Positions 40,179-50,290 of a stretch of 64,000 nt of DNA are shown one piece after another (the first letter of the stretch is position 1; each line of letters opens with the position of its first letter). Below the pieces are notes generated by a model that was not told where the DNA came from, searched no databases, and worked only from the letters and a program-made list of their open reading frames with translations. A program made the translations under genes and the position numbers. The stretch comes from Laetmonice hystrix. Its lineage: Eukaryota. The stretch lies in contig OZ249436.1 in assembly GCA_965235115.1 (NCBI GenBank), positions 58,528,001 through 58,592,000 of the forward strand, in the 5' to 3' direction.

Positions 40179-43100
40179 TTGTGTCCCGGTGTAACTGTTG
40201 ACGACGGTCCCCACCACCAACCACCCACCCACCCACCCGGTGGTGGTGACGGCTGTGGCACTGTCACCTCGCGTGACACCCACCGCCACCTGCACCGTTC
40301 AGATCATTGATAACCAGTCTCCAATATCGACCGAATAGATCCACTGAATGATAGCTCTAATGATAATGAAAGAGTTGTCGATATTTCCATCTGTCACAGA
40401 ATTAAATCGATAGGTGCTTACATTTTGAAGTTTCAAAAGCACTCTGCTCGATAGGTTCGCTGGCATGGTATTAATTTCTGCACATCGTGCTGTATTAAAG
40501 TAGCATGAGTAAGAGGGACCTGCCTGATGAATTTAAATTAAGATGAGATCCCTTGGTCTGTAAGTGGGGGAGATTCACGGTTATTTATGGGGTATGATAA
40601 TTCGAAATCCCAGGAGAAAATGGATTAAGAGCCATGCCACAGAGATTCCATGTATATAGGATTTACTGAACGGTCAACGCCGAGGGACAGCGTTACACTT
40701 TCTCCATCCGAAATTAATTCCCTCCATGCAAAGTCATGCTGCGGACACTTTATGGCTGCTAGAGTTGCACCCGCGGCCCGGCCGCGTTTGCAAGAAGAGC
40801 GGCCACGATACGCATAGAGCCGCACGGAGTGACGTTTGCTGCATATTTTGACAGTATTAATTTTAAACTATTTCATTCCCGTCACGCTTTTTCACAAAAC
40901 ACTGCCCCTTGCAATCTCAGGGATATTCACGTGCAGACGACACTGATTGAAACATACTCCTACAATTCTGACTACGTCTGTGTGCCTGTAGCAGCTGCAC
41001 AACATTGTCAGTTCCTGCCTGACATGATTTATTCTACCCATGTGTGGTTTCTCGTCCAGAAAGCGTACGTGTTGTGATAAAGTAAGCAGCCATCACTGTA
41101 CCGCTGGCAAGGACGCCATTTTCTCCTACAGTACCAAGGATTGACGAAGTCAAGGATGCGCAAGGTTGTCATTCTAAATTGCTTCAAAGTCGCCCTCTCT
41201 ATATACATTACCTATGGATCCGTTTTAAGGACATAATGGTAGGATGTATGATTACAACATGTATATCAAACCTTTGTAAGATTAGTAGAATGGCTGTATT
41301 GTCTGCGCAGGCGGTCTCGACACTGATGATATGCTATGTGAGCCTAGTAGAATTAGTGTGGGATAAGCATCTGAACAGAGTTATAATCTCCCAAGAGGGA
41401 TCTGTTGTTGTGAGTAGTGACCAGAATCGCGTTTGTGAACAGTATACGGGGAGCTGACGGTACAGATGTATTGAAATATTTTCCTTCTTGCTTTCATAAT
41501 ATAAATCATGCTCAACATAAAACTAATATGACGACGTATACACTGGTCGATGTATGTATACTTAGCTACATTGGGAAGGGTACATTTATGCGTACTTGTA
41601 TATGACAGATTTATTTGTTAGGCTACAGAGAGATTGTAGAATCGATGTGATTAATTATGAAGGAAACTTTCTTCACGAGTTGTAAATTGATGTTACGACA
41701 TACTATGGTTACAGAGTTATGTTTCACAATCAAAGTAGTATTGTTCTTCATTAAGTTTCGGCCCAGCTTCAGAACGTCTGTATGTTCGTGAACATTTGTA
41801 GTAAATCAAAAGTTACCTATGGCTGAGAAATGAATACTGATGTTCATTATTGATTGGCCTTTGTTTCGATATGCAGTGATCAAACGGGAGTGCTGAATGC
41901 GGGATAGTGTTGACTTTGTTATACTTTGGTTATGTATTCAGAAAAAATTTAAAGCTCATTTTTATGGCTGTGGAAAACTGTTACCTGTTATCGCAGCTTG
42001 AGGACTTGAAGGAAATGTTTTATTAATCAACCAGTTACTAGCTTTCTGACATTTTTAACGGTGCAAGCAACACCCTCTCCCCCGCGGTAAAAGTACATTA
42101 GTCCAGGTAACTATATTTTATTTGTTGACACAGATGCTAACAGGCTACACGATTCAGACGTGTGTGTAATCTTCTTTCAAGTGCTGACTTGATTAAGTAC
42201 CTAATGGATGAGTGAGCAGAAGGCTGTGTGATTCAGTGGCACCATGACCCCAGGCAGGGAGGGGTGTGGCCGTCCGTGGCCTACCCCAGCCCGGCAGCCA
42301 CCCTCGCTGGCCGCGGCCAGCCCGCAAAGTGACCACCACTGTCTATCTCTGACCCGTCCGTCCAGGGGCCGCGCTGCCTATGGAATTGGCCATATAAATC
42401 ACAATTGATCGGTCAGTCACTTCAAGCTAAACTCATAAAATATGGCGCTGTGAATGGGCCAATATTGAGTGAAGAGAACATGGCTATAATCGATTTGTTA
42501 CTTTAGATCTCATCAGAGTTAATAAAAAAAAAGTGAAAAAAATTGGGTGAGTCGGGTATAGATATGTTTATCAAGGGAAAAATGGAGACCCGAGGTCCTG
42601 AAAGAGCCATGCTATTCAGAGCTGTGAGAAGATATCGTGGAGCATATTCTAGCAATTGTTTTTGAACTATAAATTCATCACAAAGTATTCCCATCTTTTC
42701 ATCCGACAAAAACGGCTGAATGTTTGAGTGCATCATTAACTCCACACCGAAACCGCCCAGGGCGAATGAATGAATAGGTATTACTGGATGAAGAAGCCTA
42801 ACGGTTGTTTAATCATAACAGCAGTTTGACCTCAAAGCAATGGAGGCGTCTTGCCATTGGCAATCCTAGATTAAACAAGTGAAGCTGCTGTCCTCAGAAG
42901 AATTTGATTAGGTGTTTCAGTTATTACTCTTCATCATTACAAAAAAGGTGTAATTTGCATTTATTCAAATTGTCTGTTTTGTAAACCTGATATCAGTTGC
43001 CATAAGTGACTCTGCCTGACATAAAAAATAGTTGTCATTTGTGGCTTGGAAACTGGCCCTTGAGTGTTCATCGCATTCCGTACGTTTGGTTCGTTGCTCA

Positions 43101-45229
43101 GCCACTCAGGTAAGCCAGATTCTACACAAATTAATGATCCGCGAATTCGAAGTGGCAGATCATGTAACCTTAAGTGTCTTTTAATGCCAGTCCCGTTCGA
43201 GTACATCTTGTTACCAGAAATCCTGTATTCTTCAGCAGGCTGCTTATTTTTACTTTCATTTTTTCCTGTACTCGGTATAGAGAGAACTAGGCAGCAGGGG
43301 ACAGAACGGTTTTATTTCTTCCTTTTTGGTACTTAGGCTCAAAAAGCAAGTAGAAACCGTCAATTGTAGTATTATGGATATTTTGTATAAGATAATATTA
43401 CTTCTAACATGTTCACTGCATGTTTGTTGTATTCTCTTTTTTGCGAGTAAATAGTGATTTCGGATTGTTAGTTGAGAATAAAAGGGTTGGGAACCAGAAC
43501 ATAGCAGTTATAAGTCGTTCGTCTTTTTTAAAGATAACAGCTACTATTTCAATAATGGTTATTACTTGACTTTATGGTTGAAAATATTCCAGCGAGCATT
43601 TCACACATTGGAAGGGAGCGCTGGAAGTCTTGTTTCTCTGTCCAACTTGTAAGTGAGGTATTTGTAGGGTTAAACCAGTTCTGTGAGCCATGGGTTTCCT
43701 TAGGTCTGTGACCTTCCAGGTTGAAGGGTCGCCCCAAGCAGCAATTGGCCAGATGGGAACCATAAATGAGGTAAATGGAGCAACCAATCTCATCTAGAGT
43801 GGCCATATACAACTGGCCCATGCTAAAATCTATTGGAATTTGTATGGTTTCCTGGGGAATCGGTATAAATTTGTGGTGGCAAATCATTATTGATTTGTCT
43901 GCTGCAGCTGTTGTGTGTCTGTCTTTGATCAAAGAAGTGAATCATTTCTAAATCGCCGTGTTAGAATGATACAGGTACACCGATTTAAAGGACAACCAGA
44001 CCTATCCAAAAACATGTTTCCAAGGTAATTTCCAGAATGAAATATAGGTCCAGCATATTGTAATGCTAAAGAAAAGTGAAGTATTTAAGGGTTAAAAAAG
44101 GATATGGCCCCTTCCCCCCTGGTTGCGCAGTGACCCGAGTTTAAGGCCGTAGTGTCAAGTGTGGCGGAGAGGCTTCTTAAATCAGCCTGCCGAGGTGGGT
44201 CGTTACCATTCAGTCGTGCAGTGTTACACATGTGCTGTGCCCTATAGACGTGGCCCTTTGCTGGCTATCGACCCAGAGACGGCAGCAATGAGCCGGAGCC
44301 AGTTTCCATTACTGGGTTAGTTACTTCTTGTGCAGGGATTCATATTACATAATGGTACCACTAAAGTAAAGTCTGGTATATGGAGCTTCTTATGTAAACA
44401 TTATTGAGGCAAGTTTCCAAACGATGAGAGCCGGTTTCAATGAATAATGGTACCCTCTTTCGTTCTAATCCCGGGTATGGAATCAGTTGTGCGCCCACAG
44501 ACCTCTGAATACTACAGTACAGTCTATACTATATAGTGTACTATGAGCTTGGAAAATTCCAAACGTATAGGCGGCTCGCCAGCTTGCTGTAATGGAAAGG
44601 CCTAGTAATTTGCCGCTGTAGCCCATAGGTCAGCTGGTATGTGTTCTGTAAGGTTGAACTGATGACAGTGGTGAAGTGGATAATTTCACCGATGATCCGT
44701 GTTGGGCTGAATGACGCCGCCGGATAGCCTCATTTTAGCCGCCTTGTTTGTGGCCCGGGCGACACTTGGCGACTTCCGCCATCCCGCCAGCTACAGGACA
44801 CAATTTGAGTCAATTCCAGGCTCCTCATCAGAGACCATGATCAGTTATCGCTTATTGTGGAGGTCGCAATCGGCTTCTTTTTATTGCATCATTGACACCA
44901 TTTCACAATTTCTTTGTGCAGTGAACCCAAATCAATTTTGTCCATAAAGCATAAGTGGCTCCGGGTGAGGTGGTGGCATGCTGTCGGCTAGCGCTGCTGC
45001 CCATCAGCCAGATCTCTCCTAGCACTCTTGATAATAAGTGCTGGGTGTCGAGGTGACAACCATGACCCTTTTAACCTTTGGCAATTTTTAACAATTCAAG
45101 GCAGGCTGCTTAATGTGGCCACAGTTGGCCGGGAGGTATGACTCCAGCCTCTTAGGTGTAATCAGTCGTTGTTTGGACAGTTCCTGACTCATGCATATTT
45201 TTATGTACCACAGTGTTGAAGGACTTCAT

Positions 45230-45730
45230 GATCCCCGAATTATGATCAATATCTCCATCGGGAGGTGTAACAAATATTTGCATGCCGTTATTAAATACGT
45301 AGACAGTGTGAGCTTGCCGGCATTACGATCTCCTATCTCTAACAGGCAGGGTACTGACAGTGCAGGAGTTTGTTCTGTCCAAAACGTCACGACAAACCGC
45401 CTGCACACAACGACGCCAAGAAACTCCTCGCAGGTCATAAATATTCATGCTGTAATTTGTGGGATGCAACATGACGTCAAAGGCCTTTGCATTTTTATTG
45501 TTTGCCTTCGAAGGATCCATTGCCTTTCGGGCGACTTTTTCCCCTTTCCAGAGTACGTCGAAATAATACATTGCAGCCTTATTGGATGACGTGTATATCA
45601 CTCCAAGTTAGGCAGATGGCAGTGGTTGCTGTATCTCCTTACTCCTCAGATCTAGCGTCTACAAGAGGACTGACATGACATTTCACGACGTAAATGAACC
45701 GTGTTTTCAGGATCGGTAATGGTAAAAACA
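45230..45730 (-). mobile_element. Decayed CR1-type non-LTR reverse transcriptase fragment
   Basis: Minus-strand translations LPILKTRFIYVVKC, then FDVLWKGEKVARKAMDPSKA...KAFDVMLH...NIYDLRGVSW...STLPV, are colinear with the RT pattern LPxxSKxxE / DxGxxV...DxSKAFDxVxH...YGIRG...W...SxLPV. By-eye only. Confidence 0.5.
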
Positions 45731-47562
45731 ACAGCACTAGAAGCAAATGAACTGTGTCAAAGAATCGGATTACCATGCATCTGTAACAAGCACTAGAACA
45801 CACATTTCAATGGATGAAAAAGTAAATGAGGAGACTGTACGACCAAATTACTCCTTTTACCAGGCAGGTCTGATTGACAAGGAAGCATTACTTGTGCACA
45901 TTATGATGGGTTATTGTTCCATATTTGACAAATGATCTACAACTGTGTATAATTAATCTGTCCTTTATCTCAGGGTAATCATCTTCACTTGATTGGATTT
46001 GCTCAGTGACGACCCAGGGAAAGGGGATTAAGATCATGGAAAATTATTCTGTTCGGTATGATACATCAATTTTCCTTTTACTTCGTAATATGTTGTAATA
46101 ACTCCGTACCCTTTCTTAAGTGATGAAATATTTAACTTGAACTTAAAGACTTTCAATGCAGACGCCTTTTTTTCAAAACTGCTGCACTTTCAAAACAAAA
46201 TTGTTCTATGAGGACAAGGCCAGTCACCTAGTCACCTACAGCTGTCGATACTACCGTGAAAGTGATTGAATTCCAATCAGACCCAAGCGTCGTTGCTATG
46301 GTCAGTCACCTCAGCGAGACGAGGTTCATGTCTGGACAATGTCAAATTCGATTGTTAATTTATAAAGGTATTAACAAATTTACATTAAAACAGAGAAATG
46401 TCTTGTTTAACCCACGTAATAAAATAACATGAATTGCACAATTGTTATTATTTGAATGTACCCCCTCTTGAAGGCCTCACCATTTATCTGGCGACAAGCT
46501 GGGACAAATAATGAAAGTGTGCATAAACCAAAATTGATATAAGTATGGCTTGAAGCAAACACTCGATAAATATCGGGCCTAATATAGACTGCATGAGTTG
46601 TTATCGGTAGAGGGTCATTCAACACTAATGTAGGTGATCTAAGTCGAGAGCTGACAACACTACGTCTCTAGACCTGGCACGTTGAGGGTGAGTAACGGAA
46701 CTCGTGGGACCTTCTCTACCCCACCGCCCTCTGTGGTCAAGGCGCGTACCAGTGTGATCCGTCCGTCACCAGTGACGAGGTGCCGTACATCCCGGTGACG
46801 GTTGTCCCGACCCGTTACTGGCCGCCCTCCTCACGTCCCTCGAGTGGTACCCCGCCCCTGCCGGGGTCGATGGCCGGGGCCCCGCTGTCACCTTGCCTTC
46901 GTGGACCCGAGCTGTGAGAGGCTGGGTGTGCGTGCGCGGGTAATGAGAGCGAGGGCCAGGAACCACGAGGTTTCTTTTACAACAATTACCGGGGCTGAGG
47001 CCAGCTTGTGGCGAATGGAAGGGTCAGCTGAAACTCAGGGCCGGCCGTGAGAGGTGGTTGTCACAATGTTGGCAAGGAACCACTGGTCAGGATGATGGCT
47101 GGTTGGGAGTGGAGCTTTGGGTGACGGGCTATTTCCTATTACCAATTAGCAAAGGGATTTCAGGTACTTATTCTGTCAATGGAATAGACTTCACTCAAAG
47201 AAGCACTATGCGAAGAGGTCAAAGCGTGCCTAGTTGAGAAGGTTTTGTGATCTGACGGTACGCCAGATATAATAGCAGGGTGACTTGGTTGAACTGACTG
47301 ATAATAGTTGGATGCTTATCACAGTTCCAGAGTGAGTTCCAGTAACAATGCCGCTTTCTGATTGGTCCACGCCCATACTCGGTCACATCGGACCAAATGG
47401 GCAGGATGGGGCAGCCTGTATTTGTAGTCGTCGCACCATCTGCCGGTCAACGAATGACTGCAAAACTTCCAAAAGGTTTTACCGAATTCAGTGACCACAT
47501 CTAAAGTGAGGATTGAAACTGTGCTAAAATCGTTGCCCATGTTTGCTTTTACCTATAGTAGG

Positions 47563-48230
47563 GAGTATAAGCTAGCCTGGCCATACCACGTTTGGGACAC
47601 TCGATCTGTATGCAGAGTATAAGCTAGCTTGGTCGGCCATACCACGTTTGGGACACTCGATCTGTACACGAAGTATGAGCTAGCCTTGGTCGGCCATACC
47701 ACGTCTGGGACACTCGATCTGTACACGGAGTATTTAACCTAGCCTTGGTCGGCCATACCACGTCTGGGACACTCGATCTGTACACGGAGTATAAGCTAGC
47801 CTGGCCATACCACGTTTGGGACACTCGATCTGTACACGGAGTATAAGCTAGCCTTGGTGGGCCATACCACGTTTGGGACACTCGATCTGTACACGGAGTA
47901 TAAGCTAGCCTTGGTGGGCCATACCACGTTTGGGACACTCGATCTGTACACGGAGTATAAGCTAGCCTGGCCATACCACGTTTAGGACACTAGATGTGTA
48001 CACGGAGTATAAGCTAGCCTGGCCATACCACGTTTAGGACACTCGATGTGTACACGGAGTATAAGCTAGCCTGGCCATACCACGTTTGGGACACTCGATC
48101 TGTACACGGAGTATTTAACCTAGCCTTGGTCGGCCATACCACGTTTGGGACACTCGATCTGTACACGGAGTATAACCTAGCCTTGGTCGGCCATACCACG
48201 TTTGGAACACTCGATCTGTACAAAGAATAT
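47563..48230. repeat. Tandem minisatellite array A, about 12 units of 52/57/59 bp (core GGCCATACCACGTTTGGGACACTCGATCTGTACACGGAGTATAAGCTAGCC[TTGGTC])
   Basis: CCATACCACG recurs at 47581, 47637, 47694, 47753, 47805, 47862, 47919, 47971, 48023, 48075, 48134 and 48191; length variants arise from indels in the TAGCC(TTGGTC)GG and TAT(TT)AA segments; no unique spacers. Confidence 0.97.
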
Positions 48231-48998
48231 AATTATCTTGCGCTCCGTTTACTACAGTCTCGGTCACCCGACTCTCTCGCGTTTACTATAGCATTTTCCG
48301 ACATTTTTGGTTGACATCAAGTATTCCTGTAAGGTTTTCCGATTGTACTCTGAAACTGGAGAATACCTGTATGCGGAAGGTGTACAACCAGCTTACTTCA
48401 TGGCTCACTGACTACCTCTCCCCGTCGTTAGGGATTTTAATTTGTATTGCTGTCTGTGTACCCATCTAAAGATCGTTACCCTGTCTTCAGTTACAGTAGT
48501 AAATCCTTTAGTCCTCCAGAGGGCATTTAGTGCAACTTCAAAACAAGTCGCTTTTTTTGGTCTCGGTACCCCAAGGCTAAGCTTTCTCTTTACAAAGGTA
48601 TGGTATAATGTGACATATAATTGAAGGTGTGTGCTTTAAACTCGCTGCAACTTGTCTCGGTGTAAGCTGTCATGTGAAGTATGATAGATTCCGTTTTAAC
48701 AGCCTTGATGTGTTGATGATCTGCAATATGTGTAGATGGCCGTCCAAATGGTCTTGCCTGATCTACTTGGGTCAATGCCTGCCCTACTGAGGTCAAAGGG
48801 AATGCATCTTGTACTTGTGGAAATCTTGCTGTCAATCATGATCTCAAAGTTCGGTCAGTGTCAGTGGGCAGGAGGGGTGAGATATTATGAACAGGTGGGG
48901 GGGGGGGGGGCGTCAGTCAGACCCCAACTGTGGGCCACCTACGCAGGTGACCACTATAAGCAACCTGGTGTGATTAGGATATTGAGAACGGCACCTGG

Positions 48999-49177
48999 GG
49001 CCCATTTCACTAACGGGGGATATCCCCGAGCGGCGATAATCCCGTTCTGGGGACATCCTGGCGACAAATCTTTCATCACTGGATGGGCTGGGGAGGGATA
49101 TTTTAGTGGAACACTTTGAGTGGAGATGTCCCCAAATCGGGGATGTTGCGGGGATGTCACCGTTAGTGAAACGGGCC
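48999..49177. mobile_element. MITE, 179 bp, about 55-bp imperfect TIRs beginning GGCCC(A/G)TTTCACTAACGG (Harbinger-like termini)
   Basis: 48999-49058 (ggcccatttcactaacgggggatatccccg...tggggacatc) is the near reverse complement of about 49125-49177 (gatgtcccc...ggggatgtcaccgttagtgaaacgggcc); TSD not evident. Confidence 0.75.
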
Positions 49178-49324
49178 TTGGGACCCTCCTCATCCTTCGA
49201 CTGTTGGTCGCCGAGGGCAAGGACGACTGGGGCTGGCCAAAACCTCAATCCATGGTTGTCATTTCAGGCTGACAGGGGTCAGGGTCAGGGTCAGGGGCAT
49301 GTCCTGAATAAGGGCACCCTGACT

Positions 49325-50290
49325 GAGGACGGAGGACGGTGCCTTGTTTGGGAATGGCACACTGAGGGTGGATGGACGGAGCCTTGTTTGGGTACGGTAC
49401 ACTGAGGGTGGGTGGACGGAGCCTTGTTTGGGTACGGTACACTGCGGGTCGGTGGGTTTGGGTACGGTACACTGAGGGTGGGTGGACGGAGCCTTGTTTG
49501 GATACGCTGAGAGCACAAGGACGGTGCCCTGTTGGGTACACTGAGGGTGGATGGACGGAGCCCTGTTTGGGTACGGTACACGGAGGGTGGATGGACGGAG
49601 CCCTGTTTGGGTACGGTACACTGAGGGTGGATGGACGGAGCCTTGTTTGGGTACGGTACACTGAGGGTGGGTGGACGGAGCCTTGTTTGGGTACGGTACA
49701 CTGCGGGTCGGTGGGTTTGGGTACGGTACACTGAGGGTGGGTGGACGGAGCCTTGTTTGGATACGCTGAGAGCACAAGGACGGTGCCCTGTTGGGTACAC
49801 TGAGGGTGGATGGACGGAGCCTTGTTTGGGTACGGTACACTGAGGGTGGATGGACGGAGCGTTGTTTGTGTACGTTACACTGAGGGTGGATGGACGGAGC
49901 CTTGTTTGGGTACGGTACACTGACGGTGGGTGGACGGAGCGCTGTTTGGGTACGGTACACTGCGGGTGGATGGACGGAGCCTTGTTTGGGTACGGTACAC
50001 TGACGGTGGGTGTGCGGGGCCCTGTTTCGGTACGGTACACTGAGGGTGGATGGACGGAGCCTTGTTTGGGTACGGTACACTGACGGTGGATGGACGGAGC
50101 CTTGTTTGGGTACGGTACACTGAGGGTGGATGGACGGAGCCTTGTTTGGGTACGGTACACTGAGGGTGGGTGGACGGAGCCTTGTTTGGATACGCTGAGA
50201 GCACAAGGACGGTACCCTGTTGGGTACACTGAGGGTGGGTGGACGGAGCCTTGTTTGGGTACCGTACACTGAGGCTTGCTGGACGGAAGG
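49325..50290. repeat. Tandem minisatellite array B, 40-bp unit GCCTTGTTTGGGTACGGTACACTGAGGGTGG(A/G)TGGACGGA with interspersed variant units
   Basis: 40-bp period seen directly (49381 to 49421); variant blocks (GATACGCTGAGAGCACAAGGACGG; ACTGCGGGTCGGTGGG) recur; the long ORF-track entries here are translations of the repeat. Confidence 0.97.

Noticed and set aside
45578-45612. Plus-strand LLDDVYI as a Gypsy RT catalytic motif
   Set aside because: Flanked by stops, no upstream PFG motif, and overlapped by a better-supported minus-strand CR1 RT remnant.
47563-48230. Functional 5S rRNA gene cluster
   Set aside because: Only the 5' about 57 nt resemble 5S; helix partners, box C and the terminator are absent.
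47563-50290. CRISPR array
   Set aside because: Units are contiguous with no unique spacers, no cas genes are present, and the context is eukaryotic.
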